NCBI GenBank assembly: GCA_963834385.1
Contig: CAWIBO010000003.1
Location: forward strand, 451,313-515,312
Direction: 5' to 3'
DNA from: an uncultured Verrucomicrobiae bacterium
GTDB lineage: Bacteria > Verrucomicrobiota > Verrucomicrobiia > Chthoniobacterales > UBA10450
Length of the DNA: 64,000 nucleotides
In this document: in pieces, positions 50,205-59,618 of the stretch
How positions within the stretch are numbered: the stretch's first letter is position 1
Layout of the letters: each line of letters opens with the position of its first letter
Translations under genes and position numbers: made by a program
The notes under the pieces: generated by a model
The model's input: only the letters and a program-made list of their open reading frames with translations
Told to the model about the DNA's origin: nothing
Database searches by the model: none

Positions 50205-51667
50205 AGCGGCATCCCACCGGCATTCTCCTCCGACCCGACAGCAGCCGGGTGGTCGTGCGCCCCTTCATTCCCGTGAACGTTGCGAGCATCGAACACATTG
50301 TCGCGCGCGCGCTTTCCCTCAGTGAGTCCGCGACCGAGTCGGAACTGGCGCGGGTCCGCGCCGAATTCGCCGGGCGACACCTCGACCTCGACAAAAGCTG
50401 GCGGACCCATTTCGAGAAAGTGCGCGACCACATCCCGCAAGCCGATCAGCTCTCGGAAACGCGTCGGCTCTTCCTCGGCGCCCTCTTCTCCGGGGAATAC
50501 GCGCTCGAGTCCGCCGCCCTTTTCAATCCATCCCTCGTGCCGCACCCTGACCAGGCCGGAGTCGAACCCGGCGCACTCCGCTTTATCATGAGCCTGCGCG
50601 CCACCGGCGAGGGACACATCTCTTCCATCCAGTTTCGCACCGGGGTCGTCGGGCGTGATCATGTTATCGAGATTGATCCCCCGACGCCCTTCGTCACCCT
50701 GCCGGAGATCGATCCGAACCCGGTCTATCATCAGCGCACCTTTGTCGAAAAACTGCGGGAGATGGGCCTCGAGAACGACTGGGCCCGGTCGGTCATGCAA
50801 CGGCTTCCGGCCACCTTCCCCCTGCGCGCCCTCGACGATGCCATTGCCCAGGCCACCGCGCCTTTCCCGCCCGACTCGACGCCGCGCGAAGTCCAGCGCA
50901 CCCTCGAGTGCATTCACTGGCTGGCGGAATCGAACTACGCCATCCATTTTCCGCCCGCCTCCGCCGTCTCGGAACGCATCATCTTTCCTGTTTCACCCAA
51001 CGAGAGCAACGGGATCGAGGATGCCCGCTTTGTCCGGTTTGAGGAGGAGGACGGTCGCGTCACCTATTACGCCACCTACACCGCTTACAACGGCCGGGTC
51101 ATTCTCCCGCAGCTCATCGAGACAGCCGATTTCGTTCACTTCCGCGTTTTGACCCTGAACGGACAGGCCATTCAAAACAAAGGCATGGCCCTTTTCCCCC
51201 GGCGCATCAACGGCCGCTACGTCATGCTCACCCGGCAGGACGACGAGAATCTTTTCCTGGCCACCTCGGATCATCTGCATTTTTGGAGCGAAACCGAGCT
51301 GCTCAAGCAGCCGACCGAACCGTGGGAGCTTGTGAAACTCGGCAACTGCGGTTCGCCCCTCGAAACTCCGGACGGCTGGCTGGTCATCACGCATGGCGTC
51401 GGGCCGATGCGCAAGTATTGCCTCGGCGCGACCCTGCTCGATCTCGAGGATCCCTCCCGGATCATCGGCCATCTCCGCGAACCGCTCCTCATGCCGGCCG
51501 GCAACGAACGCGACGGCTACGTGCCCAATGTCGTTTATTCCTGCGGCTCGCTCATCCACCAGGGCCGCCTCATTCTCCCCTACGGCGTCAGCGACAGCGC
51601 CTCGAGCATCGTCACCTTCGACCTCGCCGAACTCCTGGAGGAGCTCCAGTCAAAAAAAGCGAAGTAA
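50201..51667 (+). CDS. GH130-family glycosidase/phosphorylase
   Basis: ALFNPS, GIEDARF, YTAYNG, NKGMALFP, GNCGSP, GYVPNVVYSCG; ATGA overlap with the GT4 gene. Confidence 0.88.
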   Translation: MKRHPTGILLRPDSSRVVVRPFIPVNVASIEHIVARALSLSESATESELARVRAEFAGRHLDLDKSWRTHFEKVRDHIPQADQLSETRRLFLGALFSGEYALESAALFNPSLVPHPDQAGVEPGALRFIMSLRATGEGHISSIQFRTGVVGRDHVIEIDPPTPFVTLPEIDPNPVYHQRTFVEKLREMGLENDWARSVMQRLPATFPLRALDDAIAQATAPFPPDSTPREVQRTLECIHWLAESNYAIHFPPASAVSERIIFPVSPNESNGIEDARFVRFEEEDGRVTYYATYTAYNGRVILPQLIETADFVHFRVLTLNGQAIQNKGMALFPRRINGRYVMLTRQDDENLFLATSDHLHFWSETELLKQPTEPWELVKLGNCGSPLETPDGWLVITHGVGPMRKYCLGATLLDLEDPSRIIGHLREPLLMPAGNERDGYVPNVVYSCGSLIHQGRLILPYGVSDSASSIVTFDLAELLEELQSKKAK

Positions 51668-51684
51668 GGGCTCCTTCTTCTCTT

Positions 51685-51714
51685 CTTCCTTCTTAATTCT
51701 TAATTCCTCAATTC
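51685..51714 (+). repeat. Degenerate heptamer tract (TTCTTAA-like)
   Basis: cttccttcttaattcttaattcctcaattc. Confidence 0.6.
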
Positions 51715-51719
51715 CCCCG

Positions 51720-52058
51720 TCAGGGCAAAATGCTGACTTTGTCGATGACGTTGTCCCCGCCCACTTTCAGGTAGGAGACACGGACCTTGAGATTCTTTCG
51801 CAAACCGGCGGCCTCGACGATTTTGCCGTCGTTGTCGACGTAGGTCACCTCGGAAGCAAAGCGGAACACAACCGGTTCGCCGGCGTTCACGCCGGTATGG
51901 AGCACGAGACTTTTGCCCGGGGTAAAGTCGGTGATCGTGCCGGTGGCTTCTTCGCGCTGCGCCGCGGTCGGCGCGACCGAAGGAACGGCCGGGATGGTCT
52001 GGGCGTAAAGCAGCGAGGGAAGAAGCGCAACAAGGAGGACGAGAGAGCGAACAGTCAT
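51720..52058 (-). CDS. Small exported OB-fold-like hypothetical protein
   Basis: Signal peptide; GTITDF...VRVSY pattern; SD GGAG upstream. Confidence 0.65.
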   Translation of the reverse strand: MTVRSLVLLVALLPSLLYAQTIPAVPSVAPTAAQREEATGTITDFTPGKSLVLHTGVNAGEPVVFRFASEVTYVDNDGKIVEAAGLRKNLKVRVSYLKVGGDNVIDKVSILP

Positions 52059-52121
52059 TTCTCCTGATTCGCATCTCGGGGAGGAAGGGTGGGGGAAATT
52101 CCCAACTTTTCGGGAGCACTT

Positions 52122-52164
52122 TTCCTTCTGCCTTCTTAATTCTTCCTTCTTAACTCTTAATTCT
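52122..52164 (+). repeat. Degenerate heptamer tract (TTCTTAA-like)
   Basis: ttccttctgccttcttaattcttccttcttaactcttaattct. Confidence 0.6.
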
Positions 52165-52212
52165 CCCTCCGTTCTTGCACGTAAGGCCGTCCTTGGGCAC
52201 GATTACTCTTTA

Positions 52213-52536
52213 ATGAGCACACCCAATACAGCGCAGCGTTCGGCGGGTCGCTGGACGAGAGGAAAATTAAAGGCCTCCATCTCGGCCATTGGTCTGGCAG
52301 TCTTAGCCCTGGGTTTGGACGCTTGCGTGTCGCCTTACGGCACCACCGGCGTCGCCTACCGCTCCGGCGGCTATTACGGCGGATCGTCCGTCAGCGTGGC
52401 CGTGGGAGATCGTCCGTATTACAACCGCGGCCCCGGCTATTATGTCGGCCGGACCTACTACGTCTGGCGTCCGGGCCATTGGCGTCATCGTCACGGCCGC
52501 CGTTACTGGATCCGCGGTCGCTACGTCCGCCGTTAA
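52213..52536 (+). CDS. Putative lipoprotein with YXWGXW-like Tyr/Trp/Arg-rich tail
   Basis: LDAC lipobox; YVWRPGHW...YWIRGRY. Confidence 0.65.
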   Translation: MSTPNTAQRSAGRWTRGKLKASISAIGLAVLALGLDACVSPYGTTGVAYRSGGYYGGSSVSVAVGDRPYYNRGPGYYVGRTYYVWRPGHWRHRHGRRYWIRGRYVRR

Positions 52537-52610
52537 CGGATCACGAGCCGCTCCGAGAGTCGAAAAACCCTGATTGAACCCCGGCGTAATCTGGGGGAAG
52601 AATATCCGTC

Positions 52611-53201
52611 ATGGAAGGCACCCGCATTTCGAGCGAGGAAAAGTCGTCGTTCGGCACCTATCTCGGGGTTGGCGCGCTTATCGTTTTTGCGCTGATCGGG
52701 CTTTATTTCTTCGTCTTCACTCAAAAGGAGAAGGCGGAGACGACCGGGTTTGATCCGGAGCGGCCGGTGCCCGAGGAAGCCACCATCGAGCGGCGGCTCG
52801 GTCCATCGGCCTATGCAGTGGTGCGCGGAACCAAGGGGGAAACGCCGTTCCAGAACAAACTCTACGAGGAACAACGCCCGGGCCTTTACGTCGACGTCAT
52901 CACCGGCGAACCCATCTTCAGTTCCTCCGATAAGTTTAATTCGGGGCTGGGGTTGCCTGCTTTCACCAAGCCGATCTCGAACGACCTGATCACCGTGTCG
53001 CTCGATACCTCCAACAACATGCAGCGGACCGAGGTCCGGGCGAAACGGAGCAACGCCCGCCTGGGGTATCTGTTCATTGAGCCCGCCTCACCCACCGGCC
53101 AGATCTACTCGATCTATTCCGTGGCGGTGAACTTCGTCCCGCAGGAACGCATGCAGGAGCAAGGCTACGAGTCCTTCCAGCATCTGCTGGAGAAAAAATA
53201 G
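52611..53201 (+). CDS. Membrane-anchored MsrB (SelR)-like protein lacking catalytic residues
   Basis: GLYVDVITGEPIFSSSDKFNSGLGLPAF and RTEVR are retained; GHVF is replaced by GYLF and RYCINS by IYSIYS. Confidence 0.8.
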   Translation: MEGTRISSEEKSSFGTYLGVGALIVFALIGLYFFVFTQKEKAETTGFDPERPVPEEATIERRLGPSAYAVVRGTKGETPFQNKLYEEQRPGLYVDVITGEPIFSSSDKFNSGLGLPAFTKPISNDLITVSLDTSNNMQRTEVRAKRSNARLGYLFIEPASPTGQIYSIYSVAVNFVPQERMQEQGYESFQHLLEKK

Positions 53202-53202
53202 C

Positions 53203-53612
53203 CCCGGTAGGGCCCCTCCCCGGTAGGGCGAGACTCCGTCGAGCCTGGGAGAAAGCTTCGCCTCGGAGGGACCTGCTTCCGCAGGTCCACGGACGAGCGG
53301 AAGCTCGCTCCTTCCTTGGGAAGACAGGATTAACAGGATTTTGCAGGATTCCTTTGGGATCACCACCACCGCGCACAGCGGTCGCGAAGCATCCTCCCAG
53401 GCTCCGCAGAGCGTCGCCCTACCGAAGAATCCATTCCGACCATTCACGATTCACCATTAACCATTCACGCCCCACGCCCCCGGTAGGGCGAGACTCCGTC
53501 GAGCCTGGGAGAGAGCTTCGCCCCGGAGGGACCTGCTTCCGCAGGTCCACGGACGAGCGGAAGCTCGTCCCTCCGTCAGGAAGACAGGATTAACAGGAAG
53601 ATCAGGATTCGG
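53203..53612. repeat. Mosaic REP/BIME-like intergenic repeat, about 1.5 units of ~260 bp
   Basis: GTAGGGCGAGACTCCGTCGAGCC at 53223 and 53483; GGAGGGACCTGCTTCCGCAGGTCC at 53265 and 53525; GACAGGATTAACAGGA; CCATTCA heptamers. Confidence 0.85.
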
Positions 53613-53697
53613 GGAAAGCGGGATGCCCAAACGCTCGTCCGCTGCCAACGCGCGATTGTTATTGCCACCCGCCCGTGGTCCCCGTAGAACCCGCGCT

Positions 53698-54468
53698 ATG
53701 AAAAGGTTCGCTCTTATCTGTGCCTTGTGTGCCCCTCTCGCGCTCGCTGTCGCTGGACCGGACCCGCTTCCCGTTTCCCACAAAGCGACCACAGAGATGG
53801 CGCCGGTGGCCGACGACTTCTCCTGGACGGGATTTTACGTCGGTCTGCGGCTCGGCTACGGCTGGCATGACGGCTCCATTTCCTCGGAACTTCTTCCGAA
53901 TGATCTGTTCTTTATCGAACCGGGCACTTTGGAGAATGACGCTGACGGGATCACGGGTGGCGGTCAACTGGGGTTCAACTGGCAATTGGGGCGATTTGTC
54001 CTGGGCGCCGAGGCCGACTTCTCCGGAGCAGCCGTCGACGACGAATCCAACCGGGCGATCGCCATTGAGCCGGGCCCGTTTCCGGGCAACGAACCTTTGC
54101 GGCACGAGATCGACTGGTTCGGAACCGTGCGGGGCCGCCTCGGCTTTGCGCCGACCCAGCGCCTTCTCGTCTATGGCACCGGCGGCTTCGCTTATGCGCA
54201 CATCGAGCAGACGGCCGGCATTATCGTCCCGGTGACGGACTACGTGAACCGCGTGGAACAGACCGAAGTGGGCTGGACCCTGGGCGGCGGGATTGAATAC
54301 GCGCTCGGCCGGAATTGGTCGGTCAAAGCGGAGTATCTCTACCTCGATTTCGGGAAATCCTCGATGACCGCGTTGGCGGCCGATCCAAACTTCGCTCCGT
54401 TTCGAGTGAATTACGATTGGGACAACGATCTGCACAGCTTCTCCATCGGTGTGAACTACCTGTTTTAG
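53698..54468 (+). CDS. Outer-membrane beta-barrel (Omp25/Omp31/RopB-like)
   Basis: FSWTGFYVG, GGQLGFNWQ, WFGTVRGRLG, GWTLGGGIEY, KAEYLYLDFG, terminal F. Confidence 0.88.
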   Translation: MKRFALICALCAPLALAVAGPDPLPVSHKATTEMAPVADDFSWTGFYVGLRLGYGWHDGSISSELLPNDLFFIEPGTLENDADGITGGGQLGFNWQLGRFVLGAEADFSGAAVDDESNRAIAIEPGPFPGNEPLRHEIDWFGTVRGRLGFAPTQRLLVYGTGGFAYAHIEQTAGIIVPVTDYVNRVEQTEVGWTLGGGIEYALGRNWSVKAEYLYLDFGKSSMTALAADPNFAPFRVNYDWDNDLHSFSIGVNYLF

Positions 54469-54574
54469 GGAGAGGTGCGCGGCTCCGCCGTCAACCTTTC
54501 GCATCAATCAGAGATCGGGCGCCGGGGATCGGCTTGCGGTCGCAGCAATTCCCGGTGACACATCGCGCTTCGCA

Positions 54575-54955
54575 CGCTGGCGAAGCGTCCTCCCACGCTC
54601 CGCAGAGCGTCGCCCCCGTCGAGCCTGAGAGAAAGCCTCGCCCCGGAGGGACCTGCTTCCGCAGGTCCACGGACGAGCGGAAGCTCGTCCCTCCACTCAG
54701 AAAGACAGGATTTACAGGAGGGACAGGATTCGGGAAGAGGACTGAGTCATTTCGACAAAGGCGCCTCGCTCCGGACGCTGGCGAAGCATCCTCCCACGCT
54801 CCGCAGAGCGTCGCCCTACCGGGGAAGCCATTCCGACCATTCACGATTCACCATTAACCATTCACGCCCACGCCCCCGGTAGGGCGAGACTCCGTCGAGC
54901 CTGGGAGAAAGCTTCGCCCCACCATTCACGACTTACGATTCACCATGCACGCCCG
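54575..54955. repeat. Mosaic REP/BIME-like intergenic repeat (second cluster)
   Basis: 54781-54920 is nearly identical to 53384-53524; hairpin at 54644; GTAG-REP at 54879. Confidence 0.85.
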
Positions 54956-54998
54956 CTAGGACCACTGGACGTCGCGCCGGAAACAGCTACCAACAGAC

Positions 54999-56288
54999 AT
55001 GGGTTATCTGCTCATCGGCATTGTCCTGGTCGGCGCGGCCTTGCTCGGCTCGCTGGTCAGGCGTTGGCCGGCCACCCCGACCATGATCTATCTGGCGGCC
55101 GGGGTCGGCCTCGGTCCGCTCGGCCTCGGCATTTTCTCCGTCGACGCGCTCAGGAACTCCAGCCTCCTCGAATGGCTGGCGGAGATTGGCGTGATCGTCT
55201 CCCTCTTCACCGCCGGACTCAAATTGCGCGTCCCCTTGAGCAATCCCCACTGGTGGATCCCGCTCCGGCTCGCTTTTGGTTCCATGACCCTGACCGTCGG
55301 CCTGCTCACCGCGATCGGCGTTTATGCGCTCGGTCTGCCACTGGGCGTGGCGGTTATCTTAGGCGCGGTGCTCGCCCCCACGGATCCGGTGCTCGCCTCC
55401 GAGGTGCAGCTCGCTCATCCCCACGAGCGCAGCCGGCTCCGCTTTAGCATCACCGGGGAAGCCGGGCTCAATGACGGCACCGCATTTCCTTTCATCATGC
55501 TGGGGCTGGGTTTGCTCGGGCTGCACGAGATCGGGTCGGGAGGCTGGCGTTGGTGGACGGTGGATGTCGTTTGGGCCATTGTCGGCGGCGTTGCCATCGG
55601 CGCTTTTTCGGGGGCGGCGCTCGCCAAGATCGTGCTGCGCATCCGGCGGCGGCACCGGGAGACACTGGTGCACGATGAATTTCTTGCGCTCGGTCTGCTC
55701 GCTTTTTCCTACGGTGCGGCCGTGCTCGCGCAGACCTACGGGTTCCTGGCGGTTTTCGCGGCTGGTCTGGCCCTGCGCTTGGTCGAGCACCGGGAAACCG
55801 GCGACAAGCCGCCCGACGAAGTTCTCGCGCTCGAGGAAGCGGCGCGGGAGGAAGCGATCGCCGAGCGACCCGATCGCGCCCCGGCTTACATGGCGGGCGC
55901 CGTGTTGCGGTTTAATGAACAGATCGAGCGTATTCTCGAGGTCACGCTGGTCCTGGTGCTCGGCGCGGCCCTGGCCCCGGCCTATCTTCGACTCGAGGCT
56001 GTCTGGCTCATTGCCCTGCTTTTTCTGGTTGTTCGTCCGCTCGCCGTCTTCACCGGGTTGCTTGGCCAGAAAATGCCGGGCGCGGAGCGGGGCCTGATTT
56101 CGTGGTTCGGTATCCGCGGGATTGGATCGATCTACTACCTGATGTACGCGATCAATCACGGTCTCGGAGAGGGGGATGCGCTTCGGCTCATCGCGCTCAC
56201 CCTCACCACCGTGGCCGCCTCGATCGTCCTGCACGGGGTCACGGTCACCCCACTCATGGCCTGGCACCGCCGAAGAATCGACCGCTGA
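54999..56288 (+). CDS. CPA1/NhaP-type cation:proton antiporter
   Basis: LAPTDPVLA, GEAGLNDG, WFGIRGIGS; multiple TM helices. Confidence 0.9.
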   Translation: MGYLLIGIVLVGAALLGSLVRRWPATPTMIYLAAGVGLGPLGLGIFSVDALRNSSLLEWLAEIGVIVSLFTAGLKLRVPLSNPHWWIPLRLAFGSMTLTVGLLTAIGVYALGLPLGVAVILGAVLAPTDPVLASEVQLAHPHERSRLRFSITGEAGLNDGTAFPFIMLGLGLLGLHEIGSGGWRWWTVDVVWAIVGGVAIGAFSGAALAKIVLRIRRRHRETLVHDEFLALGLLAFSYGAAVLAQTYGFLAVFAAGLALRLVEHRETGDKPPDEVLALEEAAREEAIAERPDRAPAYMAGAVLRFNEQIERILEVTLVLVLGAALAPAYLRLEAVWLIALLFLVVRPLAVFTGLLGQKMPGAERGLISWFGIRGIGSIYYLMYAINHGLGEGDALRLIALTLTTVAASIVLHGVTVTPLMAWHRRRIDR

Positions 56289-56309
56289 AGAGCAGGAGAG
56301 CGTAACCAC

Positions 56310-56590
56310 GCCTCTCCGCCCTACCATTCACAATTCACCACTCACGATTCACGCCCACGCCTCCCCCCGGTAGGGCGAGACTCCGTCGAGCCTGGGAGAA
56401 AGCCTCGCCTCATTTAAAAAGACAGGATTAACAGGAGGGGACAGGATTAAAACCAAGTCGTCACCCTCTTGAGGGTGGTGCCGCGTTCCGCATGGTGGCG
56501 ACACGTCCTCCAGGCTCCGCAGAGCGTCGCTCACCTCGGAACCCAGCGCCGTCCACGATTCACAATTTACCATTCACGATTCACGCCTTT
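56310..56590. repeat. Mosaic REP/BIME-like intergenic repeat (third cluster)
   Basis: GTAGGGCGAGACTCCGTCGAGCC at 56370; GACAGGATTAACAGGA; GGCTCCGCAGAGCGTCGC; CCATTCA/CGATTCA heptamers. Confidence 0.8.
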
Positions 56591-56709
56591 CGAATTGAGG
56601 GAAGGCCGCGCAAGGCACCGGGCGCGAATACTTAATGTGCCTGGAATAGTGACTTGGGTCGGGAACCGGCCGGGTCGAATTCAGGCAAATTGCGGAATAA
56701 CACCAATCT

Positions 56710-57909
56710 ATGATCAAACTAACTGCACTATTTTTAACGCTTTCCTTGTCCCTGACCGGGGCAATGATCGCCCAGGAACCCGCGGCGGAGGAATCGCCTG
56801 CCGCCGCTGCGCCGAGCGAAACCGGCAAAAAGGCCGGGCGCGAGCCCCAGGCCCAGTCGGGCGGCCAGTCCAAGGCCGAACGGAAGGCTGAACGCAAGGA
56901 GGCTCGGCGCGATGCCGCGGCCGAACAGAACGCAGCGCCTTCGAGCGGAGCCCAGGAAGCACCGCAGACCGGCCAAGGTAAGGGAGACAAGAAAGCCGCT
57001 CGCCAGGAGCAGAAAGCCGCGCGCAAGGAGCAAAAAGCCGCAGGTCAAAGTAACTCCGGCGAAATGCAGACCACGCCCGACGCAGCCGTTTCCGGTTCGA
57101 CCGAGGCCGCCGCAGCCACGGGGCAAAAGGCCAATCGGAAAGAGAACAATCGCAAAGGAAAAGGTCAGAACGAATCCGTAGGAGCCAGCACGGCGCCCTC
57201 CTCAGAGACCACCACCACTACGGGTGCAAGCACCGAGACCAGCACCACGGCGACTGCTTCACCAGCCGAAGCCGGCGCGGACGTTTCCGCGACCACCACA
57301 ACCTCCGCTGCTCCTGCCACAGCCACGACAACCACCACCGGCGAAGCCACCGCAGGTCAGCGGAACCAAAAGAAGGCCGCGAAGAAACTGGAACGCCAGC
57401 GTCTCCAGCAGATCCAGACCGAAGTCGCCAACTTCAAGGCGGAAGCACGTCCGCAACAGGTTCCCTCGGTCAGTTTCCGCCAGGACTACCGGATCCAGGG
57501 TGCCGAACAGTGGCAGGGACCGCAGTATGAAGTCTACCGCTCCTACCGCCCGGAACGGCGCGACCGCAGCTGGTATGAGTCGCGGTATGACCGCGTCGAG
57601 CTGATCGGCGGCGGCTATTACTATTACAACAGTGGATACTGGTACCCGGCCTGGGGCTACAGCCCGCAGCACGAATATTATGCTTACGACGCGCCGATCT
57701 ATGTCGGTCAGCGGGCGCTCCCGCCGGACCAGGTGATCGCGCAAGTCCAGGCCGTGCTCAAGGAGATGGGCTATTATCGCGGACAGGTGGACGGCCTCCT
57801 CGGGCCGCTTACCCGTGAAGCGCTCATCGGCTATCAATCCGACACCGGCCTGCGTGGGACCGCTGTGATCGACCAGCCGACGCTTGATTCGCTGGGAATG
57901 ACTTCCTAG
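56710..57909 (+). CDS. Exported low-complexity protein with C-terminal peptidoglycan-binding domain
   Basis: Signal peptide, K/Q- and T/A-rich tracts, Y/W-rich segment, VQAVLKEMGYYRGQVDGLLGPLTREAL. Confidence 0.8.
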   Translation: MIKLTALFLTLSLSLTGAMIAQEPAAEESPAAAAPSETGKKAGREPQAQSGGQSKAERKAERKEARRDAAAEQNAAPSSGAQEAPQTGQGKGDKKAARQEQKAARKEQKAAGQSNSGEMQTTPDAAVSGSTEAAAATGQKANRKENNRKGKGQNESVGASTAPSSETTTTTGASTETSTTATASPAEAGADVSATTTTSAAPATATTTTTGEATAGQRNQKKAAKKLERQRLQQIQTEVANFKAEARPQQVPSVSFRQDYRIQGAEQWQGPQYEVYRSYRPERRDRSWYESRYDRVELIGGGYYYYNSGYWYPAWGYSPQHEYYAYDAPIYVGQRALPPDQVIAQVQAVLKEMGYYRGQVDGLLGPLTREALIGYQSDTGLRGTAVIDQPTLDSLGMTS

Positions 57910-57928
57910 GGAACAGAACTCCGCCAAG

Positions 57929-57961
57929 AAGCCGCCGGGGCCCAGCCCCGGCGGCTTTTTT
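57929..57961 (+). terminator. Rho-independent terminator
   Basis: AAGCCGCCGGGG-CCCAG-CCCCGGCGGCTT-TTTT, 19 nt after the stop. Confidence 0.85.
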
Positions 57962-58948
57962 CGTTTTGGGGAGGCTCGTTGAGACAACCGACCCAAGCGT
58001 CCGACGATTGCTGCAGCGCGCCGGGAGATGGAACGGAATGCTAAAGCATTCGACAGAGAGCCTGCCTCGCAATGGCTATGACGGTGTGGATGGCGGCCGG
58101 GGGGCGGCGCCGAATGTTTGCCCGGAGGGACCTGCTTCCGCAGGTCCGCGAACGAGGACGAGCCGAAGCTCGTTTTTCCGCAAATGGGAGCAGGGGATTA
58201 GGTTGTCGCTCCTCCCGAATCTCGGCGAAGCCGAGATCGAATGCTTAAAGCATACGACACCGCCACGTCGGCCATTTGGCAAACGTGGTCCAAACTTCGT
58301 TTCACAGCGCTCCGCTCGGGGTGAAGGATCGCTTTCGGAGGGACCTGCTTCCGCAGGTCCGGGGACGAGCCAAAGCTCGTCCCTCCGTAAATGGGAAGAC
58401 GAAATCACGTCGTCGCGTAAGTCCTCCCCAGGGCCGTTGCTCCTCCCAGCCCCCACGGCGGAGTTCGATATCGAATGCTTTAAGCATACGACGTCGCAAC
58501 AGCCTCTACATCCGGGCCGGTGCGAGGACTCGGTCTGCTCCCTTTGAATGCGCTACAACGACATGGCATCGCGTAAGCGTGTTTGGCGCTATCGGGATTA
58601 GCGGTCGCGGACGACGGGAGCGGGCCGTTTTGGTCGGCCCTACACGTTGTCGAATGCTTTAAGCATGCGGTAGAGCCGGACGTAGGTGGGTGCAGCGCGA
58701 TTGGATTAGCGATCGCGGGGCAACGGGATCAGAACGGTTCGGATGGCGCGCTATGGGATCGAATGCTTTAAGCATACGATATCGGAAACGGCCCGACCGT
58801 CTGGAACGTGGGGCACCAGCATCCGTAAACGCGCTGGTTTGGTTGGTGCAGCGGATTCTGATCGAATGCTTTAAGCATTCGGACTCCCACGACGTCGTCC
58901 GCGATTTGCTGATCGACAGCGAAATGGGGAATCGGACGGTTGGCTCGC

Positions 58949-59344
58949 CTAGGACAACCGGGGAAGTTGCTTCCGCATCACCGCGGCCATCATGTTTGTG
59001 CGCTGACGAGCGGCCCGGCGCTTTTTCGGCAGCCGCGGCGGCAACGGACTGGGACCGCGTTGGGAACCAGCACGCACCACCACGCGGCGCAGGGCCGAAT
59101 AGAGGGGATGCTTGGGGTTGGCGCGATAGAACCGATGACGCCGGTCGCTTCGACTCACGATCAGGCCAGCCCGAGAGAGGTTGATCAATTCATCCTGGAC
59201 CGTGCGCAGGGCCAGGAAACTAAGCCGGGACAATTCCCGGACATAAAGTTCCTGCCCGGGATTGGTAAAGAGCAATCGCAGAAGTTCCGCCCTCACTCGC
59301 GGAAACAACAAATCCAGCAGAGTCCGTTTCATGGGCAACGACAT
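58949..59344 (-). CDS. Stand-alone winged-HTH (ArsR-like) DNA-binding protein
   Basis: LLFPRVRAELLRLLF...LYVRELSRL...TVQDELINLSRAGLI...FYRANPKHPLY resembles the wHTH domain of wHTH-nucleotidyltransferase proteins; no NTase domain follows. Confidence 0.75.
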   Translation of the reverse strand: MSLPMKRTLLDLLFPRVRAELLRLLFTNPGQELYVRELSRLSFLALRTVQDELINLSRAGLIVSRSDRRHRFYRANPKHPLYSALRRVVVRAGSQRGPSPLPPRLPKKRRAARQRTNMMAAVMRKQLPRLS

Positions 59345-59618
59345 TAACCTCGGATGCTTAAAGCAGTCGAGTCGCCATCAATACACGCAGTCGGGAGGGA
59401 AACGTCATCGTATGCTTTAAGCATACGACTTCGCAACGGCGGTGGCCCGGCAAAGGGTGGCGCCAAAACTGGTTCCGCCAGGCTCTACAGGGTGAAGGTC
59501 ACTTACGGAGGGACCTGCTTCCGCAGGTCCGGGGACAAATCGAAGCTCGTCCTTCCGATGCAAAAGGGCGAGGTGGGCGCCCGGTTTTGTCCTGGGCATC
59601 TGACCTGCTGTCGAGGGG

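Noticed and set aside
58237..58270. Xer/dif (pdif) or parS identity of the 21-bp palindrome
   Set aside because: The geometry is 10-1-10 rather than 11-6-11, there is no TTATGTTAAAT arm, and the sequence is unlike TGTTTCACGTGAAACA.
57966..58940. ORFs across the repeat region with recurring IECFKH / SNALSIR / RRDLLPQVRG peptides
   Set aside because: These are translations of DNA repeats that fall in different frames in different copies, so conservation is at the DNA level.
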